This document shows, one piece after another, positions 14,138-27,419 of a stretch of 59,003 bases of DNA. The position numbers and the translations under genes were made by a program. A model generated the notes under the pieces. That model searched no databases and was not told the origin of the DNA. It was given only the letters and a program-made list of their open reading frames with translations. The DNA is from Octopus bimaculoides. Its lineage: Eukaryota. How positions within the stretch are numbered: the stretch's first letter is position 1; each line of letters opens with the position of its first letter. The DNA lies in assembly GCF_001194135.2 (NCBI RefSeq), contig NC_068986.1, forward strand, positions 4,571,892-4,630,894, written 5' to 3'.

Positions 14138-14340
14138 TATCAGTTAACATCCATTTTCATGCTGGCATGGGTTGAACAGTATGACAAGATCCAGCAAGCT
14201 TGCAAGGCTGTGTCAAGCTCCACTGTCAGCCCTAGCATAGTTTCTATGGCCAGATGCTCTTCTTAATGCTTGCCATTTTACAGTGTGTACTGGGTGCTTT
14301 TTTCTCATGCTACTAGCACTCGTAAGGTCACCAAGTGACT
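14104..14340 (-). mobile_element. Family-C element
   Basis: (cat)n gttaacatccattttcatgctggcatggg. Confidence 0.8.
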
Positions 14341-16959
14341 TACAAGACAGGAAGAAAGCAGGAAAAGGAAAAAGAAAAACTCCCTCAACTAAGTATCTGA
14401 GAAGAAGGAGATGATTTTATGCTAAGTGTTGAGAGGCTAAAGTACACTAGAGGAACAAGTGTAGGTGTCTAGCTATGGAGAATATACATGACTAGTCTAC
14501 ATTTTATAAGGGTGGGTGAGATTAGCTGGAAAGTAAGATGGTAGTGATGAGGTACCAGAGAAAATCCTGAAGGTACAAGAAGAGTAGCACAAGAGAGGAT
14601 GCAGACAGTGAATCAGGATGGGGAATATCTAAAAATCATTAACAAACAAGTATGACCTAGTAATATTCTTTTGCTAACTGTTTTAGATGCCTATGTAGTC
14701 ACAAGCAGATATAGGTATGCTTTCAGTCCTCCTTCCTTTAACCCAGCAGAACATTGAGGCTGAAGAGAGTTAGAGTGGCACCAACAGCAGTGAGCTGGTA
14801 CTCATTTTTAGCTGAACGAGACTGAAGCAACATAAAATGAAGTACTTTGCTCAAGAATTTGAACTCATGACCTTATGATTGTAAGGCCAACAATCCATCT
14901 ACTAAGCTACTTTGACCATTTTGTGTGTGTGTGTGAAAAAGTCAAGTTATATAGCCCTGCATTACTTGAAGTTTCATGAACATAAATTTACAGCCTGCAC
15001 CTCAGGTGTCCAGTGTCTGAGTAGAAACAAATAAAAATGGCTTCAAAATGAGAACAGTTGAAGGCTTCAATCAGTCAGTTGAGGTCATTGTTGGAATTGA
15101 CAGTACCATATATTTGGCAGAAATCAATATGATTGATCACTTATTGATAGATACTTCTGGTCACAAGCTGCTAAGTATATAAAGCAGCACATAATTAATT
15201 TACACCCATTTCTGAATATTGCTCCTTGTGACATGATGTATCATGGGAGATACGCTAAAGGGGTTTTCTATTACATTCTGTAAAACATTCCAGAAGTATT
15301 AAATTTATAAAAGAGGTATACATTACATTTGTGACATTCATACTTTCACAGGAACCTTGGCATTTTGTCAGTAGAGTCTACTCATGGAATCTGTATTCTA
15401 ATCAATTTAATCAACTATTTTAATACATTATATGGTTATTTATTTTTTACAAAATCTAAATGAAACTAAATAAAAATTTCTGTTCGAGTTTTATATTCTC
15501 AAGTTAAAATGTTCTACAAATTTAATATATTTTCTACTATTCAATATATTTTAATTAAACTATTTTTAAGTAGCTTAATTAAACTGTTTTAAAAATTAGA
15601 AAGTTAGGTAAAGTATTTTTTTTATAGAGGTATTCTTAAAGTTTTAATTTAAAAAGGTGTGATTTATTAAAGTTTACCACAAATTATCTTTGTTTTATTT
15701 TATGTCAATTCTCTTTTAATGCTAGCAAGAAGCTGATAGTTTTTTTTTCTTTCTTTTTACCTCACCATGTATTTTACAGAACAAATATTTTATACCAAGC
15801 AGTTCTTGCTTTTCATCAGTCACTCTTTTGTGAAATGTGACTGCTTTGCTAAATGACTAATTATCTTGTAGATATATAAATAGAACAGCAGAGAAAAAGG
15901 TTTTGATTTAAAAAAAAAATTTAAATAAACTAGCATAAAAGATGCAGTGAAATACCTGGAAAGTGATCTATAGAGTAATTGACAATAAAATTATTCAATA
16001 AGCAACAGATCAATAGTTCAGATCACATCAGTGGTCTGGTTTACCTTTTCTATTTCAAATGTTGAATATAATTTTACTGTGAATATCTTAGCAGTTATTT
16101 CTTTCATTCATACGCAAATATTAGTTTTCTTTCAATATTGACATTTTCCTTGATACTTGTAGAGTAGGTCAGGCTTACTAGAATTTATAAGCCCTTTTCC
16201 AATACTTTTTTTTTATTTTTGGCCTATGTAAAACATAAATCAAACTTGTTTCTAGAAAATTAGGGCATAAATTTCATCGTCATCACTTTTTCTATGCTAA
16301 TTTAGTGTATTGGATATATGTCTGATATATCTCTGTCACACAGCATCGTTTTATTAGTGATAAACAAAGTTCTTAGATCTGATATAATCATGTTTTGATG
16401 TGCTATTCCATCAGGCATTCTAAATTATATTAGAAAGGATTCCATTCTTTCCTGACTGATTCTCAACTTGGATGTTTTTGCAGATCAAGAAAATTAAAGA
16501 TTGCATCCCTCTTGGCTGACTAGACCCTACTTGGGTTCAATAATTTTTATCTTCTCCCCATATCAAAAATACCAACTAAAACTTAACTTTTAACCTTGGT
16601 TTGCTCTGGAATGTGCTGCTGCTACAGCTCATCACAACCACTATTTCCTTCTCTACCACCAAAATGGATATAACTTTAATGTAACAGCCTTCTGCTCTAC
16701 TTGTAACCAATGCTAGAAAGAGCATTAAGGCACACCAAGACAGGCTATGCTGAATCTGTTTAAAGCAAATTGATCTAGAAAGGTTTGGTTCAACTTAATG
16801 ATTTGGAGTAGTTGTTAAAATAATGAACCATGAGAAATATATTCTTAAAAGGCACACCAAGGCTGGATGTTCTGAATCTATTCAAAAACATCTTGATCAA
16901 GAAAGGTTTGGTTCAAGTGAGTTATGGGGAGTAGCTGTTAAAATAATTCTATTCTCACA

Positions 16960-17370
16960 ATGGCCTTGAAGTAATCTTATCTTCAGAAAAAGCTAAGCTA
17001 CTTGCTCAAGAAGCTTGCATCAAATTCCACTCTAACCATTTTTTGCTTTCAGCTCTCCAACTTGAATTAACTGCTTTGTTTCTGAATTTGGAGAGTCAAT
17101 CAGGGAGGCTTCCAAACTTATAAATGATCTTAATCTGTGAAATGCTAGATTGGTCCTGATCAAATCTAAGTTATTTTGTTGAAAACCTATCCCATGAGAT
17201 ACTTCCACTTCTAGCAAGATTTTACAACTGTTGTCTCAAGAAAAAGTGCTCACCTAGTTCATGAGAGAAATCTGTAGTTTGCCCAGTTTACGAGTTCTCC
17301 TTTCCTCTAACACTTTGCCGAATAGTGACCTGTGTGCCCTTGCTTAGGGTAATTTCAAGTAAAGGAAAGT
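16960..17370 (+). mobile_element. L2/CR1-like LINE, internally deleted
   Basis: SSEKAKLLAQ, then IGPDQI*VILL..LSHEILPLLARFYNCCLKKKCSPSS (cf. GPD.IP..VLK..SPEL...LA.LFN.CL), followed by a 3'UTR-like end. Confidence 0.75.
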
Positions 17371-17648
17371 TAATTTTCATTTAGATTTAGTATTTGGATT
17401 CAACCATATTAAATTCTTAAGTGTTATGCCAAAAGAATTAAAAAGCTGAGTATATCATCTGGAATTTAGTAATTGTCTATTAAATAAAAACGAGAAATTA
17501 TTTTGACATTCATCAAACTACATAATCTCTATGAACTGTTCATTTATCAATATAGATTAAAGCCAAGAAAATTTTAAGCCTTGACAAGTGCTGTAGGTTT
17601 TAATACAAATTTATTGCTAACATGAAATCATGATATTCACATGTTTAA

Positions 17649-17868
17649 CTCTTTTGGTATCAACCCACCTGAGACTGTCCCTGATTGTATGAGAGAGAAA
17701 AGAAAACATGTTTCAAGGTGTTTAGCTCCAAACCGCAAGCCATAATTTTATGTAAGAATCTTTTGTCATGTTCCAAACATCAGTTTAATAATGGAAGTTA
17801 TTTTTGGTAATTTTTAAAATTAATTTTTTTTTAAATTGTACTTCAGTTGACATTTTGTCACAAAAGGG
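17649..17868. mobile_element. piggyBac-type MITE
   Basis: TTAA-ctcttttggtatcaa ... ttgtcacaaaaggg-TTAA: TTAA on both flanks and C(C/T)CTTTT termini. Confidence 0.7.
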
Positions 17869-19524
17869 TTAAGGTATTGACCTCTGCTATATAATTATGA
17901 CTTTGCGCTGCATCACTGAACTTCCTCTGCTCTATTTACTGAACAGCAGATCAGTTAAAATAAAGAGAAAATGCATAAAATGCGGGCCAACTATTAATGA
18001 ACAAAGGCAAACATTTTTCCATATTAAAATAAGTCTTATAATGTAGAAGTAAAACTTTAAAAAGGCATCAACATCACACAAACCCATTTCTTTTTTCTAT
18101 AAATTTAAAGCTGTATGTCTAAGTAAGAAATATATGCAAATGCTACTTAAGGTAATAGAAAGCTAAAACACACAGGACGTTGTTTGTGGGAGAATCTAAG
18201 GTATGTACGTTATTTGTAGTAGCAACTCATTAATTTCTATTATGGTTAGTTCTGAAAATTCATGGTTTAATTAGTATGAAAAACTACTGAAGAAAACTTA
18301 GGATATGACAAACCACTTTGTTAGCTTAAAATTATTTTTAATAAATTAGTATAACACATCCCACTCATTGCTACAAATGTAAAAATAACAACATTATAGT
18401 AATAGATAGTGATGATAATAATCGATAATATTAATACGCCAATTTGTTTTTTGTATGTACCTGACGCGTGTGTCATGCTTAAGAGAAAGAAATTGTTGAA
18501 ATAAATTTTGTTGCTTAAATAAACATTTTTAACCACATCTCTTGTAATTTCTGGAAGACATTTGAAACTGCCACCTATGTAATGTATTACTACTTCTCAA
18601 TACCCATACGTACTGGGTCACTGAAGCAGCAACAGTCTTAATGATAAAATCGAGATACTTAAATTTGACATGTGTGCCAAGCAAAGGAGAGAGGAAGTGA
18701 TAGAGAAAGAGAGAGAGAGATGATGGCATGGAACTGAGTGGCTGATAGGTATTTGAATTCCTTTCTACGATTGAACTGAAATTGACCCCTGGCTAGTAAA
18801 GGCCCAACCACACACACATTTGTTATAGGTTTTCTACCCATTTGAATTCGGCCATACACCAGATAACATGGTCAGCTTTATGTTCCAAAATTTAAATTTT
18901 GAATTTGTTTTTATTATAAAATTACACCTCAGCTAAAAAACATCTATTGGTTTTCGAATTCAACCATTTCTTTCTCTTTCTATATTTTTTGTTAAGTTAC
19001 AATTTCTCTGTTTTGGTCAGGATTTTTCCATTTTCTTTTTTCTTGTATCACGTAATGCATGAAGACATTTAAAAAATAATTAGATCCATAGAGCTGAACA
19101 AAATCGAAAATATTAATTCTATTTCATCTCTTTCCTTAATACTAACAAGTGCATAGTATGAGAGTGATTTGGCTGTTATTTCTAGAAAATTGAACAACCA
19201 AACAGAGTTGTTCAATTGGCTCATTTGTTGATGTGTGTAAGTAAACAAAAACTAAAACACACACATGAATGTATGTGTGTGTGTCTACAGAGAGGAAGTG
19301 AGAGAAAGAGAGAGAGAGATGATATAAAAGAATTTAAAAAATACGAGAAAAACATTCCATACCACTAAACCAAGAGGGTTCTCTGAATATGTACAATGCA
19401 TTTTAAGGCTAAATAGTAATTCTGTTTGCATTTGCATAACTGAAATATTTTGGTTGGATTATATAGTTATCGGTTTTACACTTCTTTCTATATTCTGTGA
19501 CTGTTGCAATATACTTTTCTACTA

Positions 19525-19725
19525 TAGGCACAAGTCTTGAAACTTTTGGGGGAAGGAGGCCAGTCAATTAGATAAACCTCAGTAGGCAACTAGTACTTAA
19601 TTTATCAACCCCAAAAGGATGAAAGGCAAAGTCGACCTTGACAGAATTTGAACTCAGGACATAAAGACAGACAAAATACCACTAAGCATTTCACTCTGCA
19701 TGCTAACGATTCTGCCAGCTCACCA
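19525..19725 (-). mobile_element. Family-B SINE
   Basis: Reverse complement of the unit (gaatttgaactcag, gattctgccagctc). Confidence 0.85.
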
Positions 19726-20834
19726 CCTTTAACTGTGACAGTACAGAAAGATTTCTCATGGCACCAGCACACAATATACAGATGCTTACATTTTTTATAT
19801 TTTCCATGAATTTTTCACGTGTCCAGCTAGTAATAATAATAATAATAATAATGGCTTCTTTTATTTGTCATTAGAACATCTGCTGAGGTGGTCATTATGA
19901 AGATACTTTTCAGTTTGTGAAGATTTACATAAAGATATGAAGGAGTATTCAAAAGTATACAAAATATCTGAATACATTGAAGATTCAGTCCACCTGGCAC
20001 AAGAGAGCCACCAACTAGGCAGCTCTCTTGTACTAGGCAGACTGAATCCTGTACCAGGTGGAACCCACAAATCCAAAATTACTCTGACCAATAAAGGCAC
20101 AAGCTTTTGCCCACATGTTGTTTACCAATCAACAGGTACATGCTTAGAGTAGTTCCATTCACTCTAACCATTTTTTTGCCAGTCAGCCACCTTTTGGCAC
20201 ATTTGCTGAGGAAGTGATAATGTAGGTCACATGTTATATAAAAAATTGGGTGTAAAAAGGGGCATATTTTATTTATTAAATATTGTCAAGGAAAAAAAAT
20301 TAAAATAAGTCATTGTGTGAAACATGTTGTAGCAGTAGTGCTTTTTCGTCACGAATGGTAATAAGGAGTGAGTAAAGAAAGAAGAAATGAAAGGTAAAAA
20401 AGATATACCATAGTGGGGTGATAAGCAGGAAGTGTGACTATCAAGCAGTAGTCCTTTGAAAAGAACTGTGTGAGGTATGTGGGTGTGTTAGTTGTAGGGA
20501 GTTAAGAGTATATAATCAAACAGGTGTAAAAATGTGTGTGGTATGTATGGAGTGAAAGATAAAAATGAAGTGAAATCTGTATGAAATGTATTTGTTGAGT
20601 CGGGTATATGTAGGGAAAGCAGGTGGTGTGAGGTACATGTGTATATGGGTAGATAAGTGAACTTTGTGTAACTTTACTTCCAAGTTAGTCTCCACCTCAG
20701 AGACAGCAGTGGCAAAACCATTGAGAGTAAGAGATTACTAATTTGGTATGAATGGGATGGAATGAGGTGAATTAAAGAGTGTCAGTTGAGGTGGAAAGAT
20801 TAGAGGAGTTTCATTTTTAATATTTACTCAGTTA

Positions 20835-21135
20835 TAAGTTGGCAAGCTGGCAGAAACGTTTGCATGCCAGGTGAAATGTTTATCGGTATTTCGTCTGTCT
20901 TTACGTCATGAGTTCAAATTCCACCGAGGTCGACTTTGCCTTTCATCCTTTCAGGGTCAATAAATTAAACACTAGTTGTGTACTGTGGTCAATCTAATTG
21001 ACTGGCCCCCTCCCCAAAAATTTTAGTCCTTGTGTAGAAAAGAATAAAATAAGTACCAGTTGAACACTGGGGTCGATGTAATCAACTTACCTCTACCCCT
21101 GGAATTGCTGACCTTGTGCCAAAATTTGAAATCAG
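20835..21135 (+). mobile_element. Family-B SINE with duplicated 3' part
   Basis: ggcaagctggcagaaacg...gagttcaaattccaccgaggtcgactttgcc; the aagtaccagttg..ctggggtc segment is repeated. Confidence 0.85.
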
Positions 21136-21469
21136 TATTTCTATCTAGAAACAAATATTTCAAGGATACCTACTTTCAAATAAATTCCCCTGAAATAGGA
21201 TGTAATAAATTTCAAATTTAAAATCAGTAAAACAAAATATGTTTAACATTTATGCTAAAAGGGTAAAAGGCATCTAGAAGGTTTTTTTGAAGAATGGTCA
21301 ACAGTGTCAGATCTATTGACAACATTGTCCTACTTGTGGGTAACTTAAATGAATGGAAAATTTTGAAGTTGAATGCAAAAAAAAGTGTGAGGATATGGTT
21401 TATCCTTTATTTTTAGCAAACCCGAATTGATAATTACCTCAGGAACATATGATCAAGATTATTTTACAG

Positions 21470-21790
21470 TAATTGATAATCAAACTGTCAAAGGGGTGAA
21501 TCAGTTTTGCTATCTTGGAAGTATTATTACAAATAATTGTGATGCATAAGAAAGATAAAAAGGATTGCATTAGCAAAATCTGTTGTTTTCTCTTTAAATT
21601 GCATTTGGTAAAAATCCTCCAATAAGTAAAGAGGCCAAATTGAAATTGCTGCACACTGATATTTCCAACAACAACGTCTGGATCTGAATGTGGAATTTTT
21701 AAGAAAGAAATAGCTGATAGAAAAACGATAATTTTTTCAGGTTTGGTGTTATAGAAAAAATGCTAAGAATTACTTTGATAGAAAAAAGAC
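21470..21790 (+). mobile_element. RTE LINE C-terminal RT/thumb fragment
   Basis: IDNQTVKGVNQFCYLGSIITNN, then IALAKS, KEAKLKLL, WCYRKMLRI after frameshifts. Probably resumes at about 22180-22300 (VEEITGLKTR..LQKL). Confidence 0.75.
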
Positions 21791-21979
21791 ACATAAGTAT
21801 GTTGGATGTTTTTTTATAATTTAGTGAAGTATTGTAAAACAACTGGATTGGCAAAAACTTAGGTATTTGGGGCATATCAAGTGTCAAAGGTCTGCAAAAA
21901 TTGTTGGTCACTGAAGAAACCTCTGAAAAACAGCAAAGAGGAATACATTTTAAAAAAAATTGTTTAATAGTTATTTCAA

Positions 21980-22150
21980 ATTTTTGCCACAAGGGCTGCT
22001 TGAGGGAGGTGGAGATGAGTCAATTACCGCAACCCTAGGGTTCAACTTGTACTTATTTTATTGATTCTGAAAGGATGAAAGGCAAAGTTAACCTCAGCAG
22101 AATTTGAACTCAGAACGTAGTGACTAAGCATCTCATCCAGCGTGCTAATA
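21980..22150 (-). mobile_element. Family-B SINE
   Basis: Reverse complement of the unit; it lies between two RTE pieces. Confidence 0.8.
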
Positions 22151-22619
22151 ATTCTGCCAGCTTGCTGTCTTTATAAACTGTTTAATAATGTGGAAGAAAT
22201 AACAGGATTGAAAACAAGAGAAGAATTGGTGAATGAACCACTCACACTCCAAAAACTGGCTACTGTTGAGGATGATCTTTATCACAATTTTTTATCATTT
22301 TAATTCTAAAACTATCAGAAACGTCCGTGTTTATAATAATAATAATGTTTTTTTTTTTAATTGAGAAAGAACTGCATTAGAGCAATATGTTTATAATTTA
22401 GCTGTACTCTATTTTCTTCTCAGTTTCATATCTGTTCTCATTTAATTTGATTATTGTAAATTTAATATTAATTATCACATGCAGTAGCTGTGAGAGTAAG
22501 GTATTGAATTATAGAAAATATGGTTATATATGTGAGCCTTGGTTTAATAACTTGTCTTGATGCAGTGTATCTGTGAACAAGACAGTTCCCATTAGACTAA
22601 TCATCTAAGCTGGTACTGC

Positions 22620-22890
22620 ATGGTTGTGCTATAAATGCTCAAAAGTAAGAAGTGTCTGTAAAATAAAAATAATTAACGATGCATTGGTTTTCAGTGCTCA
22701 CTTTAATTCCTCCACTAGGAAATCTTACTTGCAATAATAAAAAAGATTGAAGAGGTGGGGCCTCTTCTTGATGGGCATCTGCTTGATGCCATAAAATCCA
22801 GAAGGTTTACAGGTATCAGTCTGGCTAGTTGCTATGAGGAGTAAAAAAATTTGACATTTTGTGTTGAAATCCTACCATAGAGACTGGTCA
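22620..22890 (+). mobile_element. RTE LINE C-terminal fragment
   Basis: EILLAIIKKIEEVGPLLDGHLLDAIKSRR resembles the RTE NEEV..I...IGP..DLL..VKRRKL segment. Confidence 0.55.
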
Positions 22891-24815
22891 AGTAATGGTA
22901 CGTAGAAGTGAGTAAAAAAAAAAAGAGCAAATAGGTTAAATGTTAGAGACAGGAACTAGATGAGGAGGTAATCACAGTGAATATGTGAGGCAGTGAAGGA
23001 AGAGGGTTGAGGGAGGGACGGGTGGTAGAAAAGAGACAAGCAGTTGCTGACGCAGATGCTCACCAGTTTCCTTGGATTCCGGATGTTATCCATTCTTAAT
23101 TCCATGGACACCAATGATAAGCACTTTCTCAATGAGCCAAAGAGGTCTATCAAAAGACAGAGCATTAAATCTTACTGCAACCATTGTATGATGCCATTTA
23201 TGCAAAAGTATACATTTCTGCTAGCCTTTGTCTGTTTGATAATAGCTAGAATTATTAACAGTAGAAAGAACAGCCAGTTGTAAAAATAGTTGTTACAGTG
23301 ACATGAAATTGTACTAAATTATGCAATCATTGGTAGCAGAGGAAATAGAATAAGTGTCAAGTAATTTCCAAAATTGGTGACAATGGCAATTATTTATGTG
23401 CAGAAATGTCTTAGTTTAGTACCATGTGGGGAAATACCAAGTTTGACAAATAATTTTTCAAATATGTAACTAACATATTTTCTCCTCATACAAACAGAAT
23501 TTGTGTAAGTGGCCATCTTTTATAAAGTTATTCCTATAATTTACTACTCAAGATGAGAAAGAAAATTTACTTATTAATGATAAACATTAATAAGAAATTT
23601 TTCTTGCGATAAACAATTTTTCAACAATAAGCAGTAGAATATTCTTTCTCATAAATATGGTGATAATATATTCAAAAACTTCCTAATAAAGTTTGTTTCC
23701 ACAGTTATATAGAATTTTTTTTCTTCATTTTGATTTTGTCCAAACTTTTCCACTCTTCAACAGGAATTAAGATATTGGCTGATATAAACTGTATTTCTGT
23801 TCTAAGAAAGAATCCAAAAACTTTTTTAGAAGCTTCAATAAATTCTGCCTAATTTACGTTAGAATTCTTATAGTCTTTTACTTATTGTTATAACTCATAG
23901 GATTTTTCTTTGTTTTGAAATTTTATTTTTTTTTAATCTAAAAATAAGTTAAGCTTAATTTTTAACTTTCTGGTATTAGCTTTCAATGTATTATTATTTT
24001 TTTTTTTTTTCTGGATACATTCACAAACTTCAATGCCTGGAATAGGAATTATCTTGTTTATCACAATAGTCAATAGACTCCTGCATGTCATTCCTAGCTA
24101 CTAGTAATAGATATTGTATGAATAAAATTTAGCTCTTTGAAATATAGGTGAGCTTTCATCAAGATAGAAGGGTGCTATCACCACCAGCTGTGATTAACTG
24201 CTATAGAAAAATACATTTTATAAAAATTATACAAAAATACCTGCAGTACAAAGGATTCAGTCAATCTCTGTAGCCAGCTATACAATTCTTTATTTCTTGC
24301 AAGACATGCTTCAATACACACTGTCATACTGTACCTAACGTTACTTTATCTTTTGTCTTGAAATTGTCCATTCATTATTATTATTATTATTATTATTATT
24401 ACAAAAGAAATTGTTGTTACTACTATCATCATCATTACCACTACTTCTACTACTACTACTAGTCTAATTTTGTATGCAGTATTTCAGTTTTGGCGACATC
24501 TTTTTATATATTTTTTAATAATTTTTGTATTGTTTTTTTTGCCTCTTTGATGTTTTGTACCATTTGCATAATTATTATTAGTCTTTTCAGAAGTTTGAGC
24601 GCATTTCTTTATTTTATTTTTTTAGATATTGCCTGCTTAAATCTTCTGTAATAAGCCAGCATAACTATATGATAAATATTACTGCTACACGCAGTGTATG
24701 TATGTGTGTGTGTGGATGCATGCATATGTGTGTGTGTGTATACAGTCACCCACACACTCATACACATATATATAATATATATTTATGTGTGTGTGTCTGA
24801 GTGAGTGTGTGTGTG

Positions 24816-24876
<61 letters not shown>

Positions 24877-25260
24877 AAGAATTAGATGTGCACTTAATAC
24901 CACATCTTCAAATTGTTCATGCAAAAAATATCATCATTGATTACAAAATAATGGAAGGTTCTCCAGTGTTTTGTATGAGTATAAAGTACAAAAATGATTA
25001 AAATTTATATTACATTGTGTGTGTCTATGCACACATTTCTTACACACACACACACACACACACACGTCAAATAAAAGCAGTGTGAAGCCTGACATGTAAT
25101 CAATGGGCTCAGTAGTGATTTCACATTCCACTTCAGTATCTGGTGGTGTACAACAAAGGACATCCACCACAGGATAGGTTAATATGTGGAATACATACAG
25201 AAAGCAAGTGTGGTGTTCAGTGCCTTGGGACACATACACGTGTTTCAACAAATTGCCCTA

Positions 25261-25408
25261 ATAATTACATGACAGTTGTAGAAACCCTAATATAAGGTTG
25301 CAATTTATCTTATCAGTGTTCCACAATAGATATACTATATTTATTGTGGAACCATGATGATATGAGTTGCGATATTGTATACTGTTCTTACAACTGTTGT
25401 GTAATTAT
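25261..25408. mobile_element. Old fold-back (palindromic MITE-like) element
   Basis: ataattacatgacagttgtagaa pairs with ttcttacaactgttgtgtaattat. The inner ttccacaata/tattgtggaa is a perfect 10-bp stem. Confidence 0.6.
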
Positions 25409-25614
25409 TACAATGATTTGATAAAACACGTGTATGCTATAAAGCTTTGACTACCATTTTGTTTTTGCATGTTATTTTATATATATGTGTGTGTGTGTGT
25501 ACATAGTGTAAGGCATAATTTTGAAAGAGAAATGACTAGATAAAATGATTAAGGTAGTCAGTGTACAGTAGACTAGGCATGAAAAATACAACAGCAACAT
25601 TTATGTTAGATTAG

Positions 25615-25992
25615 GCTTCTCAACTGGCACTGCCATATGAACAAAGGGACTGATTTTACAAAGACTTTTTGCAGATTACTTCAGCAATGAATGATATTGA
25701 CCTTATCTTTGTGGTCGGTAACTTCAGCTGATACTATGTTGTGCATGGAGTCTATGGCTTTGGTTCCAAAATGAGGAGGGAACAAGGTTGTTGGAATTCT
25801 TTGATGCAAATACCTTGGTTATCTGCAACAATAACTTTAGAAAAGCCTATCAAACATCTGGTCGCCTGTCAGATTGACTACATGCTCCCCGGAAAACAGG
25901 ATAGAAAAATAGCTGTCAATGCAATGTCCTTCTCTGGTGAAGAATGTATAGGGTAACATAGGTAAGTAGTTAGTAACTTCAGACTTGGAGCT
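25615..25992 (+). mobile_element. RTE LINE AP-endonuclease fragment (frameshifted)
   Basis: Across frameshifts reads LIFVVGNF, VHGVYGFGS, NEEGTRLLEFFDANTLVICNNNFRK, QIDYML, GEECIG*HR*VVSNFRL. Confidence 0.85.
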
Positions 25993-26164
25993 ATGAAGAC
26001 CTAGATACACAAACTAGTCTGGAAAGGAAAGACATGAAAGCTTAAAGATCCACTGAACTGTCAGAAATTTAGAGATGTACTTGTTGAAGCAGTTGATGAA
26101 GAGGAGGAGGAAGAGACAGACACATAGCATATGGAACAACTGGACATTTCTAAACCGACTTTGC

Positions 26165-26331
26165 ATTTCAACTGCATTTTGAAACTTTCTGTAACTCTTC
26201 TAGATTAATTTCCTTTATTCAGTGCTCAGTCTGGCTCACTTCGTTATTTTTAATAATAAGTTTAATCTCAAAAGAACTGAAAATTGAGTTCTCAGTCATT
26301 AAAGTGTGTATACACTTTTTGGGACACACTG
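26165..26331. mobile_element. Tc1/mariner-type terminal remnant
   Basis: Ends in gtgtatacactttttgggacacactg-TA (reverse complement TA-CAGTGTGTCCCAAAAAG). Confidence 0.55.
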
Positions 26332-26460
26332 TATGTTTGAGTATATATATATATATATATAGATATACAGGGCAGGGAATCGTCAATTAGTAATAAAATT
26401 AATAATTAACAATTTTGCCGGGTAGCTCAGTATGAAAAAACCTTATCGGTAGAACCATTT

Positions 26461-26570
26461 ATAATCATAAATATATAGGGATTAGCAGAATCCTGCTTCT
26501 TCAACATACTGAGAATTCTCAGTATGTTGGAGAAGCAGGATTCTGCTAATCCCTATATATTTATGATTAT
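26461..26570. repeat. 110-bp loop-less palindrome
   Basis: 55-bp arms with one mismatch (a G-U pair on the plus-strand RNA), centred on GAATTC. Confidence 0.97.
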
Positions 26571-27280
26571 GAGTATATATATATATTTGTTTGTGTTCAT
26601 ACATTTGTGTATATACCTAAAGTTGTATGTGTGCATGTATGAATAGTAATGTGTGTGTGTGTGTAGATACACTCACACACACACATGTATACACATATAT
26701 GCCTACACACATACATTTATTTTAAAATACATGTCAATACATATATTTTGAAAGGAAAGTTTCCCTGATGTAAAAACTACATTCACCACGTTCATTTATT
26801 GCTCTATCCATGTTATATAAATATTTCTACAGGCATATTTAAGATACAAGTAATGTGTTCTGACTTGGACAATGGAGCAAGTTCCATGTAAATGGTTGCT
26901 ATTATAAATGATATCCATTTGCCAGTAAATTAACATGGATTACAAACAACAAAAATTATATATATATAAATTGTCCATTAGTTTCCTCTACAACAAGTCT
27001 TAGGGTCATATTTTGTTATAGTCAATATAAACAACCTCATGTAATGGTCAAAATCTAATTGAGGCTAAACACTAAAGACCCGTGTTTTGGAATTTGGAAA
27101 ATATACTGTTTAGATAGAAATATTACAGTTGTCATGTTTGATGTGAATATGTATGGTAACAGAATTCAATCACAAGTATAATACTTTCCCTGTCTGAATA
27201 ACTGGAACAAATAACCAGAGGTATTTCAGTATGTGTGTTGTGTGTGTGTTTATGTACATATGTGTATGTGTGTGAGTGCG

Positions 27281-27316
<36 letters not shown>

Positions 27317-27419
27317 TGTATATTCTTTATTTAGTTTGTCTGTGTATGTACACATATGTATATACAAGTGTTACTTATGTTTGTGTGTGTGTGTGTGTCT
27401 CCTGATATCTGATGGGATG

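Noticed and set aside
17032-17217. Minus-strand ORF with apparent splice sites
   Set aside because: Antisense to the L2/CR1 RT remnant.
19861-20152. Overlapping ORFs on both strands
   Set aside because: No recognisable domain; one minus frame weakly resembles a decayed L2 C-terminus.
22719-22812. Exon-like segment EILLAIIKKIEEVGPLLDGHLLDAIKSRRFT
   Set aside because: Better explained as RTE C-terminal coding sequence.
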